Shown: positions 37,229 through 48,198 of the stretch, piece by piece
Layout of the letters: each line of letters opens with the position of its first letter
Position numbering within the stretch: position 1 is the stretch's first letter
IMG/VR virus record: IMGVR_UViG_3300012942_000049
Span: 1-62,079 of that record
Reading direction: 5' to 3' (one strand)
From: a virus
Lineage: Duplodnaviria > Caudoviricetes
Length of the DNA: 62,079 bases
The notes under the pieces: generated by a model
Databases searched by the model: none
Seen by the model: the letters and a program-made list of their open reading frames with translations, nothing else
What the model was told of the DNA's origin: nothing
Made by a program: the position numbers and the translations under genes

Positions 37229-37531
37229 ATGGCTAATATCAATGACAGTTCATCAGAGTATGAAGGTGGCGGGCTTATGCCCAATACTGTCTTTCCTAAA
37301 GAGACAGATGCTCTGACGAACGCTGATAAGTTTAGACTTCAATCCATCACTGGACAAGAAGAAGATTCACGAGCCCCAGTTAATCCTTACTTCTGGTATG
37401 GTAACGATTGGCCTGACTTTTCTGGCGAGAAAGCAGACGCTAGAGCTCGTAAACAACGTGATGCTCAGATCAAGCGGGATAACTCTCGTAGATATAAGCA
37501 ATCTCCTACTCCCCCTAATTCTCAGTACTGA
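37229..37531 (+). CDS. Hypothetical protein
   Basis: GAGGTG RBS. Confidence 0.6.
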   Translation: MANINDSSSEYEGGGLMPNTVFPKETDALTNADKFRLQSITGQEEDSRAPVNPYFWYGNDWPDFSGEKADARARKQRDAQIKRDNSRRYKQSPTPPNSQY

Positions 37532-37542
37532 AAGGCAAGTCA

Positions 37543-39132
37543 ATGCCCGAGTTTGGTAAAGTAGTTGGGCAATTTAAGACTATTGTAGTGGACTCGGATG
37601 ATCCCGACAGTATTCCAGATATCCAATCTCTAAATGGAACCATTGAGTTTACACTGAATGTTGCTAAACTCATCGATGCCTCTGAAACTCCCAATCCAGT
37701 AACTTATGGTGCATCTAAGTTCATTGGAGTTCTGGATTCAGATGGCTACCTTTCCACACCCAATGCTGCGGGTAGCGGAATTTTGTACCCCGGTCTTTGG
37801 ATGCTTGCTACTGATGACCCTGATATGAACCCTCATATCAATGTGTCATACACAGTGGTATATAAGCTTAAGGATGCCAAGGGTGTCCTTATCAATCTGC
37901 CTAGTCATACCTTGGCTGTTCCTGCTAATTCTACTGTTGATCTGAGCCTTGCCATTCCTCCGGATGGTGCTCCAGTAGAAGGAGTTGCTGCTGCTGAGGC
38001 GGCTGCTCAGTTGGCCATTCAGGCTGCTAACTCTGCAGTAAAAACTGTTAACAATATTGGTCCTGATGCGGATGGCAATGTTGATGTTGCTGGTGGTGGT
38101 GGATCTGGTATTCAGTCCGTTGTTGCTGGGACTAACATTACAGTCGATAACACTGATCCCAATAACCCAGTAATTAGTGCAACTGGCGGGGGAACGACTG
38201 ATGCTGTCTGGGGTAGTATCACCGGTGATATCCTTGACCAGACTGACTTGCAAGATGCTCTTGATGGCTTCGTGAGTGATGATGAACTGGCTAATGCAAT
38301 TGCAGGCATCACTCTAGCATCGCTGGGAGGCGTACCTGCGACACGTACAATTGCCGGTCATGCATTGACTAGTGATATTGCGCTTGGCAAATCTGATGTT
38401 GGTTTAGGCAATGTCGATAATACCTCTGATGCTAGTAAACCCGTAAGCACTGCCCAGGCTGCTGCCATCGCGGCTAAACTAGACGCTTCTCAAAAGGGAG
38501 CAGCTAGTGGAGTTGCCACGCTCGATGGCTCAAGTAAGATCCCAGTTACCCAGATTCCTGACATTGCTATTGTCAATTATCTGGGTACAGTTGCCAGTCA
38601 AACCGCCATGCTCGCTTTGGTTGGTCAGCAGGGAGACTGGGCAATTCGAAGTGACCTTGGCACGGTGTGGACAATCACTGGAAGTGATCCCACACAAATA
38701 GGTAACTGGGTTCAGATGAGTTACCCGACTGCTCCTGTGAGTTCAGTCGCAGGTAAAACAGGCGCAGTTACTCTTGGGGCTTCTGATGTGGGTGCTGTTC
38801 CTACTACTCGCCAAGTCAATGGCAAGGCATTGAGTGCGGATATTACTTTGGCTGCTTCAGATGTATCAGCAGTTCCTACTACTAGAACAGTCAATAGCAA
38901 GCCACTAAGTGCTAACATTGTACTAGCAGCATCAGATGTTTCTGCGGTACCCACCGCTAGGACTGTAAATGGTAAGGCTCTAAGTTCAAACATCACTTTG
39001 GCTGCTTCTGATGTTGCGGCTATCCCTACCTCTGATGGCATTAGTCATATTCTCCCCATAACTACTGCCGCTTATACTGCACTTGGTACTAAAGACTCTG
39101 CCACCCTCTACCTTATTACGGATGCCTCATGA
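37543..39132 (+). CDS. Fibre-like virion protein with ~25-aa repeats
   Basis: LGNVDNTSD..KPVS and repeated VPTTRxVNGKALSADITLAASDV. Confidence 0.75.
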   Translation: MPEFGKVVGQFKTIVVDSDDPDSIPDIQSLNGTIEFTLNVAKLIDASETPNPVTYGASKFIGVLDSDGYLSTPNAAGSGILYPGLWMLATDDPDMNPHINVSYTVVYKLKDAKGVLINLPSHTLAVPANSTVDLSLAIPPDGAPVEGVAAAEAAAQLAIQAANSAVKTVNNIGPDADGNVDVAGGGGSGIQSVVAGTNITVDNTDPNNPVISATGGGTTDAVWGSITGDILDQTDLQDALDGFVSDDELANAIAGITLASLGGVPATRTIAGHALTSDIALGKSDVGLGNVDNTSDASKPVSTAQAAAIAAKLDASQKGAASGVATLDGSSKIPVTQIPDIAIVNYLGTVASQTAMLALVGQQGDWAIRSDLGTVWTITGSDPTQIGNWVQMSYPTAPVSSVAGKTGAVTLGASDVGAVPTTRQVNGKALSADITLAASDVSAVPTTRTVNSKPLSANIVLAASDVSAVPTARTVNGKALSSNITLAASDVAAIPTSDGISHILPITTAAYTALGTKDSATLYLITDAS

Positions 39133-41120
39133 TTCTAGGACAGTGGAACTTTAGCGAGGGCACTGGCACAACGACGGCGGATCTCAGTGGAAATGGTCGA
39201 ACTCTGACCGTCAATGATTGGGGCGAACCACATAATACTGGATTCAGTGCAGCTACTGATGGTAGTGCTCGCGCAGTTGGTATGACTGGTGATCTGGGAT
39301 TAAATGCCCCAGCTGAAATTGGTCTCACAGTTTGGGCAAATCTTCAGACGCCGAGTGGCAACCCCGACATCATCACCATAAAGGATGCTACAGAAGCATC
39401 ATATGTAGGAGTCTATTGGGGTGACAGTAGTCACATCCGACTCTACATCCTTGGGCTCGATGGTAACTATCGTGAATCCTCTCTAATTGCTATCCCGATT
39501 GGTGCCTGGATTCATTATGGTATTGCAGTGAATGCGACATCTTGCATCCTCTACCTCAATGGCTCAGCTGTTGCCACACTCAGTAGGTCGGCAGCGTTTG
39601 GCGACCTGATCACTTTCAATCTTGGTGGTAGTGAAGACTCGAGTGGTCAGCACTCCATCGGCCTGTTCTTCGACGCGACCCTGTACGACAACGCGCCTAC
39701 TCAATCTGACGTTTATACTCAGATGCACACGCCCATTAACCATACTCCAGTAATAACCCCTACAACACCCACGATTGCTTGGGCAGCGGATGAAGGTACT
39801 GGTACAACAGTTACTGACTTTAGTGGTAATGGAAATACTGGAGTCGCTGCAAGCAATGGGTGGGTAACAGGCCATTCTCCTCATGCTTTTGCTGCTGCAG
39901 GTAATTCTACTAGTCCCGCTGTAGAACTGGAATCAGTTACAGATATGCCATGGGGTCCAACTATGACCTACATGGGTCTAGTGAAAGCCATCACTTATAC
40001 TGGCTCGGGTGACTTGCTAGAGATTAAGAGTGATCACTCTAGTACTCGTTACCTTACCATTTGGCGTCCTTCCATATCCTCTCTTCTTCTAGAGATTAAG
40101 GACTTGGGGGGAGTAACAACAGACACTGTTGAGTATCCTTATAATCTAACTGGGGTTTGGGTCCACCTAGCTGCCAGGGTTGATGTAGATGAAATCAGTC
40201 TCTTCATTGATGGAGAACTAGCAGTAACGGTACCAAGAACAAGTGCTACTAATCTTGGTCCCCTCAAACTACTCTATGCTGGTGGTACTGATACTAAGTT
40301 CAATCAAGCTGCTGTAAATGATGTTCGCCTGTTTGGTGGAGCACTTGATAATGACACCATAAGGTATTATGCAAATACCCCAGTAACAGCTCTTACAATG
40401 GGTACTATAGGACCTTATGCAGACAATTACGCTGATACATCTTTCACAGTAGGTGTACCCTCAGGGGTTACAGTTGGGGCCTTGGTATGCGCTGCAGTGA
40501 TCGTTTATGGCAGTGATCTAACTCCTCCATCCATTACTGGGTTTACTCTATCTAAGTCATCGCCAAGTGTTATGACGGCATTTGGTTTGAACTTCAAGGT
40601 GTTCTGGTTCTATAAGTATGCTACCTCAGCAGACTCAGGCACTTATACAATCTCCAAAGGGGCAAACCAAGTTAATGCAGCCTATGTATGGAGACTTATT
40701 GGGTGGACTGGTAGCAGCGACCCTTATGCTGATACTCTACATGAGGGAGTGAATGACTCTGGTCCAGCGGTAGTTTCATCTTTTACACCAGGCGGAGAAA
40801 GCTCAATGCTCATCTCCATAGCCTTGCAGGATACATCATCAGTACCAACCGGTTGGGTAAAGGATGCAACGGCTACATCTCGTGATGGGGATACAATAAA
40901 CCTTGGTCACATAGTACAGGATTCTCCTACTGCAACGGGTTCTCTAGCTTTTGGTTCAACCGAGGGGGTTGTATCAATTGCCACAATTCGTCAATCTACC
41001 CCATCGACTGATGTTCTTGGTCTTAACCTTGGAGCTAACAATCTCAAAAAGTTGATGCTTGGTTCTCAGGAAATCAAGAAAGCCTATATAGGTTCTTCAC
41101 TCGTCTACGACCGCACCTGA
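39129..41120 (+). CDS. Virion protein with tandem LamG/concanavalin-A-like domains
   Basis: EGTGTT..D.SGNG x2, W.H, LYLNG/LFIDG motifs. Confidence 0.75.
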   Translation: MILGQWNFSEGTGTTTADLSGNGRTLTVNDWGEPHNTGFSAATDGSARAVGMTGDLGLNAPAEIGLTVWANLQTPSGNPDIITIKDATEASYVGVYWGDSSHIRLYILGLDGNYRESSLIAIPIGAWIHYGIAVNATSCILYLNGSAVATLSRSAAFGDLITFNLGGSEDSSGQHSIGLFFDATLYDNAPTQSDVYTQMHTPINHTPVITPTTPTIAWAADEGTGTTVTDFSGNGNTGVAASNGWVTGHSPHAFAAAGNSTSPAVELESVTDMPWGPTMTYMGLVKAITYTGSGDLLEIKSDHSSTRYLTIWRPSISSLLLEIKDLGGVTTDTVEYPYNLTGVWVHLAARVDVDEISLFIDGELAVTVPRTSATNLGPLKLLYAGGTDTKFNQAAVNDVRLFGGALDNDTIRYYANTPVTALTMGTIGPYADNYADTSFTVGVPSGVTVGALVCAAVIVYGSDLTPPSITGFTLSKSSPSVMTAFGLNFKVFWFYKYATSADSGTYTISKGANQVNAAYVWRLIGWTGSSDPYADTLHEGVNDSGPAVVSSFTPGGESSMLISIALQDTSSVPTGWVKDATATSRDGDTINLGHIVQDSPTATGSLAFGSTEGVVSIATIRQSTPSTDVLGLNLGANNLKKLMLGSQEIKKAYIGSSLVYDRT

Positions 41121-41261
41121 TTGGGTGTGGAAAGGGCAATTTCTCAATTGAGTAAAGCATCGGTGATGATATAGCATATCCTCAGGAGCGACAGGATCGC
41201 ACCTAATCGCCTAACTAATCGCGCACGAGTCATTGATCGAAGTGCCATAAGGAGTCATTAA

Positions 41262-42659
41262 ATGCCCGCCATCGTCCCCGAAGGCAAAGTCTTCAGAAAG
41301 GACGTATGGTTCAAAGAGACTGGCTATGTTCCACACCCTGGTCAGAAATTGGTGCATTATGACAACACCCGCAATAAGGTCCTATGTAATGGACGACGGT
41401 GGGGTAAGACTCTCTTTGGTGGCAAAGAGATCGAGGTCATGGGTTTTCTCAAGAACTGGCTTAATCAGCCCATGCGCGGCTGGATTATTGGCCCTGAGTA
41501 TCCAGATGCTGAAAAAGAGTTTCGCGTTGTTTATGATACCTTTAAGGCACTTGGTATTGATCAGGTGTCTGATAAGTTCTTGAACAACACCGAGAATGGC
41601 AACATGCGCATTCACACTCGGTGGGGTTTCGATCTTCAATGTAGAAGCGCTCGTCACCCTGAGAGTCTGGTTGGTGAAGGTCTAGACTTTGTGCTTCTAT
41701 CCGAGGCTGGACGACACACTCGCCGAACCTTTACTGAGTACGTTCGACCTGCGCTCTCTGATAAGCGCGGTGTTTCCATCATGTCAGGTGTTCCTGAAGA
41801 TGCCAATGAGAACAACTTGCTTTACTGGGCCTATTATCGAGGTCAAGATCCAAGCAAGCTTCAGTGGAAGTCTTGGCGAATGCCTAGTTGGACTAACACT
41901 GCAATGTTTCCCGGTGGTCGTAATGACCCAGAAATCATCGAAGCCGCTGATGATCTAACTGAGGATGAGTTCCGCAGACAGTACGGTGGGGAGTTCATTC
42001 TTAAGCGCGGTCGTGTTATGAAAGAATGGGATGATGATATTCATATCGTCAACCAACCCTATAATTACGACTGGCCCCTTTATGCTGCAGTCGACTTTGG
42101 GTACACCAATGACTGGGTTCTTCTTTGGATTCAGGTAGATCCTATGACAAAGAATGTCTACGTCATTGGTGAACATCGGTGGCGACTTAGAGATACTGAA
42201 GATATCGCTCGCAATGAGATTGCTCATATGACTCTCTTGAGTAAATGTCAGGCAATGTATGTTGATCCTTCATCGCCGGATGATGCTGCCATTCTTCGTC
42301 GACACCTTCATGTACAAACTCGAGCTAACACAGGTGGAGAAATCAACCTGAGACTTCAGCTCATTCGATCTGCTCTAAAGACTCGCCCGGAATCTCTTCC
42401 TGAAGATCACCCTGAGCGAGTACCTGGTCTAGTAGTTGATGCCTCTTGTAAAGACCTCATCTGGGAAATGCGAGAGGGTTACCGTTGGCCTGAAAGTCAT
42501 TCTGACATGAAGAACAACAGTGAAATTCCACTAGATGTAGATAACCATGGTCCTGAGGCACTAGGTCGATTCTTCAAGGGTCACATGGAGCAGTACTCTA
42601 ACGTTGGTCGACAGAGTCGCCAAAGCCGAATTAATGCCACGAGGAGACGGGCAGCATGA
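41262..42659 (+). CDS. Terminase large subunit
   Basis: GRRWGKT Walker A, GEGLD, VDFG, DNHGPEAL. Confidence 0.9.
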   Translation: MPAIVPEGKVFRKDVWFKETGYVPHPGQKLVHYDNTRNKVLCNGRRWGKTLFGGKEIEVMGFLKNWLNQPMRGWIIGPEYPDAEKEFRVVYDTFKALGIDQVSDKFLNNTENGNMRIHTRWGFDLQCRSARHPESLVGEGLDFVLLSEAGRHTRRTFTEYVRPALSDKRGVSIMSGVPEDANENNLLYWAYYRGQDPSKLQWKSWRMPSWTNTAMFPGGRNDPEIIEAADDLTEDEFRRQYGGEFILKRGRVMKEWDDDIHIVNQPYNYDWPLYAAVDFGYTNDWVLLWIQVDPMTKNVYVIGEHRWRLRDTEDIARNEIAHMTLLSKCQAMYVDPSSPDDAAILRRHLHVQTRANTGGEINLRLQLIRSALKTRPESLPEDHPERVPGLVVDASCKDLIWEMREGYRWPESHSDMKNNSEIPLDVDNHGPEALGRFFKGHMEQYSNVGRQSRQSRINATRRRAA

Positions 42660-44233
42660 CCGAGGTTATCAATCAATGGTCTACCATTAAGCCATTCGTA
42701 GACTCCAGTGCTAGGGGCATGTTTAAGCTCTATCCTGACGAGGATCGTGACCGCCTGGCTTCATACTACAAGTATGACCAAATCTACTGGAATGATCCTC
42801 GATCTTACAGCCTTAGGGTTCTGGATGGTGAAGAGCCTCTCTATATTCCTAATGCCCGTATCATTTCCGAGACTACTGCCTATTACCTTCTCAAGGGTCT
42901 TCGCATTACTACTAAGGGCAGTAAGGACGAAGAGACTTTTCTCCAAGACTTTCTCAAGAGAGAAACCTTTTACTCTCGCTTCAATGTTGCTAAGCTCAGT
43001 GGAGTAGTCAAGGGTGACTTTGTATTCCACATGACGGCGAACCCCAATAAGCCAGAGGGTACAAGAATCTCACTGATTCCAGTCGATCCTGCTAACGTCT
43101 TCCCCATTTGGGATGATGATGACCCTAACCACATGATCGGTTGTCATCTGGCTCAGCAGTATACTAAACCAAACGACCCTGAGAATAAATTGTACATGAG
43201 AGTACTAACTTACCTACAGGAGGATAAGACTAGTCAAATCTCACGAGAAGAGATTATCTACACCATCGATGAAGACTGGTGGGGCCCTAAAGCTAAGAAG
43301 TACAAGGTAATAATCAAAAAGGGCTTCCTAGATAGTCGAATTACTACCATCCCAGTTTACTGGTTCAGAAACAAGGATTGGCTCGGTGATCAGTTTGGTT
43401 CATCCGAACTCCGCGGTCTGGAAACGATCAGCCAGACCATCTCCCAGGGTAGTACAGACATCTCAGCCGCCCTGGCTCTTGAAGGTCTTGGGGTCTATGC
43501 AACTGATGGTGGTCGGCCAGTCAACGATGACGGCACTGAAACAGACTGGGAAGTTGCTCCGGGTAAAGTGATGGAGGTTCCCACTGGCTCCTACTTCAGG
43601 CGAGTAGAGGGTGTGGGATCTATTACTCCTGCTAAGGATCAAATTGACTATCTGGAGGATAAGCTCTATAAGTCAACTGGTCTTACTGATGTTGCTCTTG
43701 GAACGGTAGATCCTGTATCTGCTCAATCTGGTATCGCTCTCGCTATCAAGTTCTCACCGACTTTGGCCAAGATAGAGACTCGAGACCAGGAGGGTATCGA
43801 TAGGCTAACTCAACTCTTCTATGATTGGAAGACTTGGGTAGAGGTCTTCGAGCGCAAAACCCTGAGCGGTGATATTGTTCCAGTGATCGGAGATAAGCTC
43901 CCAACTGATCGAGTTGCTAGGCTTAATGAACTTAACAACATGTTCGATCGTAGGATTATCTCAGCTGCTTTCTTTAGGCAAGAGATGAAGGAAATGGGCT
44001 ACGACTTCCCGAGTGACTCTGCAATGGAGTCTCAGATTAAGGATGACCTTACCCTTACCCGATTCGCCAACGCCTCAGATACCACCGATCCTAATAACCC
44101 AGAAGATAACTCTGGTAACACGCTTCCGGATCAGAACCGGAGTAATAATAGAAACCGCCCGAATGAAAGTTCTGGTACGGAATCTACCACTAAGTCGATG
44201 AGAGATTCATCGCAGAAAACGCGGGATGCGTAA
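42656..44233 (+). CDS. Portal protein
   Basis: Follows terminase; FGSSEL, SGIAL motifs; size. Confidence 0.85.
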   Translation: MTEVINQWSTIKPFVDSSARGMFKLYPDEDRDRLASYYKYDQIYWNDPRSYSLRVLDGEEPLYIPNARIISETTAYYLLKGLRITTKGSKDEETFLQDFLKRETFYSRFNVAKLSGVVKGDFVFHMTANPNKPEGTRISLIPVDPANVFPIWDDDDPNHMIGCHLAQQYTKPNDPENKLYMRVLTYLQEDKTSQISREEIIYTIDEDWWGPKAKKYKVIIKKGFLDSRITTIPVYWFRNKDWLGDQFGSSELRGLETISQTISQGSTDISAALALEGLGVYATDGGRPVNDDGTETDWEVAPGKVMEVPTGSYFRRVEGVGSITPAKDQIDYLEDKLYKSTGLTDVALGTVDPVSAQSGIALAIKFSPTLAKIETRDQEGIDRLTQLFYDWKTWVEVFERKTLSGDIVPVIGDKLPTDRVARLNELNNMFDRRIISAAFFRQEMKEMGYDFPSDSAMESQIKDDLTLTRFANASDTTDPNNPEDNSGNTLPDQNRSNNRNRPNESSGTESTTKSMRDSSQKTRDA

Positions 44234-44235
44234 GG

Positions 44236-44940
44236 ATGGTTAATACTATGAGCAACATCAATCAGCTCTTCCTTCAGAAGTTGCCTTCGTGCATCTTTGG
44301 TGGAGATGGGGAGAATGATGATGCCAGTAATTCCTCTTCGGAAGAGTTGGGCAGTGAATCCTCGCAGAATGGGTCAGAGAGCACGGGAAGTGCTTCCAAT
44401 GATCTTGGGGATGCAACTCCCAATGATTCAAAGAGTGATGATGACACTAGGGGCCTAAAGTCTGCACTTAATACTGAGCGAGAAGCTCGAAAGGCTGCAG
44501 AAAGGGAACTTAAGAAGTTCCAGAAAGCTCACGATGATGCTGAGCTGGCTAAGAAGGATGAGGTTACTCAGGCCGCGACTCGTGCCGAGAGGGCAGAGTC
44601 TAAGGTCGCGAAACTAGCCTCAGGTTTGCTTAACCAGCGACTCGCTGACGCAATCCGAAAGGCTGCCGGGGACTTCACAGACCCCGAAGATGCAGTATCG
44701 GGTGTGGATCGGTCTCAGCTTGTCTATGAGCAAGATGATGATGACCCCAGTGAAATCACTATCGATGCCAAGTCGGTTCAGAATGCGGTTAAGAGACTTG
44801 CTACGGCTAAACCGCACTGGCTCAAGACTGGAACTTCTGATGGAGAGCCTACTGGTTCTTCTTTCGGGAATCCCAGGAAGCCCACTCCTAAGACTAGCGA
44901 CGATGCTCTCCGAGAGAATTACCCCGCTCTGCGTCATTAA
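44236..44940 (+). CDS. Capsid scaffolding protein
   Basis: Acidic, coiled coil, KPHWLK; between portal and capsid. Confidence 0.75.
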   Translation: MVNTMSNINQLFLQKLPSCIFGGDGENDDASNSSSEELGSESSQNGSESTGSASNDLGDATPNDSKSDDDTRGLKSALNTEREARKAAERELKKFQKAHDDAELAKKDEVTQAATRAERAESKVAKLASGLLNQRLADAIRKAAGDFTDPEDAVSGVDRSQLVYEQDDDDPSEITIDAKSVQNAVKRLATAKPHWLKTGTSDGEPTGSSFGNPRKPTPKTSDDALRENYPALRH

Positions 44941-44978
44941 CCAATAAACCTCCACACCGATAACAAGGAGAAACCACA

Positions 44979-45449
44979 ATGGCAAGGTACGATAAGTACG
45001 AGCCGATTGCCGGTGGGTTCCGCGCTCGTCTTAACGCTGCGCTGACGCTCACCAATGGCAGCATCGGTCCGGTGGCAGTTTCGCTGAACGCCACTGGAAA
45101 GGTGGTAGTCGGCACCGCAGGTCAGTCTGGCATGGTGGGCGTTCTGGTGAAGAACGCTGCCAAGGGTCCAGTCGGTTCCTGGGGCACCAACCTGCTCGGA
45201 GGCACGCCCAATGCTTATGCACCTGTTGGTGCTCAGGCAGGGGATGTCGTCGACATCATGACCAATGGCGAGATCGTCGATCTGGACACCGACGACTTCC
45301 CTGCGGGCACTCGATTCTATGCTGCGGCTGATGGCTCCCTGAGTGCCACTGCGGCTGAAGGCTCGATTCCGGTTGGTTGGACGGTTGAGGCGGGACGCCT
45401 GGTCGTTCGAGTTGGCGCGGGTGCCGTTGCCATCCCGGCCGCTGGCTAA
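44979..45449 (+). CDS. Capsid decoration/cement protein
   Basis: AGDVVDIMTNGEI motif; Gly/Ala-rich; precedes MCP. Confidence 0.65.
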   Translation: MARYDKYEPIAGGFRARLNAALTLTNGSIGPVAVSLNATGKVVVGTAGQSGMVGVLVKNAAKGPVGSWGTNLLGGTPNAYAPVGAQAGDVVDIMTNGEIVDLDTDDFPAGTRFYAAADGSLSATAAEGSIPVGWTVEAGRLVVRVGAGAVAIPAAG

Positions 45450-45481
45450 AACTACCTCAACACACTAAAGGAGAAACTACA

Positions 45482-46663
45482 ATGGCAAAGCCCATTTCAG
45501 GAGATATCCTCCTCAAGTGGCTTCTCGAGGAAACCCCGAAATCGCTCACCGCGTTTGGTGCCGATAATGGTTTCAACGAGCGAGCCGACGTCGTCTATGC
45601 TGCCGACGGGACTGACCTGAATGACTTCTGGCAGGAGGTTCAGGACACTATCCGTCTCCGCAACGCGGATAAGTCTGGACTGATCAGCCAGTTGACCTTC
45701 CAGGTCTCGGGCATCAGTGAAGAGGTTCAGGCGCCTGCGGCGGTGGACTTCGAGGAAGCCTCTGAGTTCGGCCAGCCGGTGGGTATCAAGGCTGGTGGCA
45801 CTAGGTTCTTCCGCGGTTTCGACTTCAAGTTCTATGACTTGGCAGTTCGTTACACCTGGATGTTCCTGGCCGAAGCCGATGCCGCTCAGCTGAGGATGCA
45901 CAACAACCTGGCTCTTGAGGCGGACATCCGTCTTCAGTTCCGCAAGGTGATGCAGTGCCTCTTCAACCCGATCAACGGCAACGGGTTCACCGACAAGAAC
46001 GAGCCGATTACGGTCTTCCGCTTCTACAATGGTGATGGCGAGGTGCCGCCGGAGTACAACTACCAGACGTTCTCTGGTAGCCACAACCACTACCTGGTTT
46101 CTGGTGGAGCGACCGTCACGCCGGCCAACCTCAACACGCTGGCAACTTCGGTTGGGGAGCATGGATACACGCTGCAGAACGGCTACAAGCTCGTTCTCTG
46201 GGTGAACAAGCAGGAAGCTGATGTCATCAAGACCTTCCGGGTAACTGGTGGGGCCATGTATGACTTCGTGCAGAATCCCGATACTTACGAAGGTAAGATC
46301 TGGGTTCCCACCGATGGGCAGTACGTTGGTGGTCCTCAGGGTACGGTGCCGGGTGAGATCGGAACCTATGGCCCATTCCACGTGGTCGAAGAGGGGCTCA
46401 TCCCCGCTGGTTACCTCGTTGCGATCGCTACTGGTGGTCCGGACAACATCTCCAACCCCATCGGTATCCGGCAGCACAGCAACCCGGCATACCAGGGTCT
46501 CAAGGTGATTCCCGGCCAGCGCAGCGACTACCCGCTGATCGACTCCTTCTACCGGAGGGGCATCGGTACTGGTATTCGCCACCGCGGAGCTGCTGCGATC
46601 ATGCAGGTCAAGGCATCGGGTAACTATGCAGTTCCGACTGCATACGACCCGGCTAACGGCTAA
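45482..46663 (+). CDS. Major capsid protein
   Basis: Position, size, strong RBS, FEEASEFGQP motif, followed by terminator 46674-46711. Confidence 0.8.
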   Translation: MAKPISGDILLKWLLEETPKSLTAFGADNGFNERADVVYAADGTDLNDFWQEVQDTIRLRNADKSGLISQLTFQVSGISEEVQAPAAVDFEEASEFGQPVGIKAGGTRFFRGFDFKFYDLAVRYTWMFLAEADAAQLRMHNNLALEADIRLQFRKVMQCLFNPINGNGFTDKNEPITVFRFYNGDGEVPPEYNYQTFSGSHNHYLVSGGATVTPANLNTLATSVGEHGYTLQNGYKLVLWVNKQEADVIKTFRVTGGAMYDFVQNPDTYEGKIWVPTDGQYVGGPQGTVPGEIGTYGPFHVVEEGLIPAGYLVAIATGGPDNISNPIGIRQHSNPAYQGLKVIPGQRSDYPLIDSFYRRGIGTGIRHRGAAAIMQVKASGNYAVPTAYDPANG

Positions 46664-46729
46664 TAACCTCGCCAGTGGGGGATAGTTCATATATCGGCTC
46701 TATCCCCCACTAAAACTCACTAAGGAGAA

Positions 46730-47107
46730 ATGGTAATGGCAAATTACGAACCAGTTGTCTTCGAGGACTCTCAGGGCAACGTCATCTCGAACGACCCGGT
46801 CTTCCTTGCCCAGCGAACGCTTAGGGCTGCAGGAATTACTCTGGAGGACCAGTCTCCTAAGACCCAGTCGGCAACGACTTCTTCGGATGACAGTAGCGAA
46901 AGCATCGAAGAGACCAGCGAAGAAGATCGCGATGAGTCCGGTGCTCGCACCTACAAGGAACTCAAGGGTGGCGATCTGAAGGCTTACGCCAATGAACGAG
47001 GTGTGGACATCACTGGCATGAAGACTGTGGGTGAGGTTCGCGAAGCTCTTCGTAAGGCCGATGCTGATGAGGCCGCCGCCGCTGAGGTCAACGCCGCTAA
47101 CAAGTAA
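46730..47107 (+). CDS. Hypothetical protein with Rho-N/HeH-like domain
   Basis: YKELKGGDLKAYANERGV...VREALR. Confidence 0.6.
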   Translation: MVMANYEPVVFEDSQGNVISNDPVFLAQRTLRAAGITLEDQSPKTQSATTSSDDSSESIEETSEEDRDESGARTYKELKGGDLKAYANERGVDITGMKTVGEVREALRKADADEAAAAEVNAANK

Positions 47108-47118
47108 GGCTAAAGAAC

Positions 47119-47433
47119 ATGGCAATCCAGGATGATATCAATTACGTCCGACTTATGTTGGGCGAAACTGATACGGAAAACTCCATGTTCGACGACGATC
47201 AGGTAACCCTGTTCATCACTTCCACTAGTTCTAAAGAAGCTGCCATTCTTATGGGATGGAAAGCTAAAGAAGCTGACTTTGCAAACCTGGTAACGACCAT
47301 CGATGGAGCTGCTACTCGACAGATGAGCGATCTTTATGCTCATGCTCAGCAGCAGGTAAAGGTATGGTCTCAGCTTGCCATTGGGCCTGCTGCTGGACGA
47401 AGCCGAGTCGGTAAGATTGTGAGAACTGAATGA
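47119..47433 (+). CDS. Head-tail adaptor
   Basis: VRLMLGE..; synteny. Confidence 0.65.
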   Translation: MAIQDDINYVRLMLGETDTENSMFDDDQVTLFITSTSSKEAAILMGWKAKEADFANLVTTIDGAATRQMSDLYAHAQQQVKVWSQLAIGPAAGRSRVGKIVRTE

Positions 47434-47816
47434 ATGCCAGCGAGCTCCGCATGAGACGGAGAAACGTCAAGGCTTTCATTAAGGCGGATCCGGTAGAGAT
47501 TGTAATCTCTAGGCCACAACCGCCCACTAAGACTCCTGCGGGAGGCATGCTTCCCTCCGCGCCAAGGGACATGCCTTCCCAGGAGGCTCGCATTGTTCTC
47601 AACAAACGTCGCTACTTCAATGGGATCATCGACACCGAAGCCGGTGACATCCCCCACACCGACTACCTGTTGGTTGCTGAACATACTAAAGACTTCCAGG
47701 TCGACGATCAGTTCGTCTGGCTTGATGAACACTACAGAATTACTGGGCGATACATTGCCCGACAGGAATCTATCCTGTGCTCCATCGATCTTCTAGGCGA
47801 ACCGAATCGATCTTAA
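47430..47816 (+). CDS. Head-tail stopper/connector
   Basis: Synteny; beta-rich. Confidence 0.6.
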   Translation: MNASELRMRRRNVKAFIKADPVEIVISRPQPPTKTPAGGMLPSAPRDMPSQEARIVLNKRRYFNGIIDTEAGDIPHTDYLLVAEHTKDFQVDDQFVWLDEHYRITGRYIARQESILCSIDLLGEPNRS

Positions 47817-47817
47817 A

Positions 47818-48198
47818 ATGCCAACGTCAAGAGGTGGTAACTCCTTCATCATTGACGATGGAATTATTGTTTGGTTCGATGGTCCCGAATGGGATGATAT
47901 TGCTGCTGAAGTCTTTGAGCAAGCTACCGATCAGATCGAGACCTATGCTCAGGACAATGCTCCTTGGCAGGATAGAACGGGTGATGCTCGAGCAGGATTG
48001 CGGGCAGAATCTACTAACTCAGCCGGCGATATCACACTTACCCTCGAGCACACTGTTGATTATGGACTATGGCTTGAGGTCATCCAGAATGGTCGCTTTG
48101 CGATCATCATGCCAACACTCGAGGCCGAAGCTCCGCGAGTCTTCCATGCTGCTACTATTGCAGTAGCTGCAGCCCGTCGGGGAAGGAACATCTCTTGA
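47818..48198 (+). CDS. HK97 gp10-like neck protein
   Basis: APWQDRTG...VDYGLWLE. Confidence 0.75.
   Translation: MPTSRGGNSFIIDDGIIVWFDGPEWDDIAAEVFEQATDQIETYAQDNAPWQDRTGDARAGLRAESTNSAGDITLTLEHTVDYGLWLEVIQNGRFAIIMPTLEAEAPRVFHAATIAVAAARRGRNIS

Noticed and set aside
45497-46690. 397-aa antisense ORF over the major capsid gene
   Set aside because: Shadow of biased codon usage; no RBS, promoter or recognisable motif
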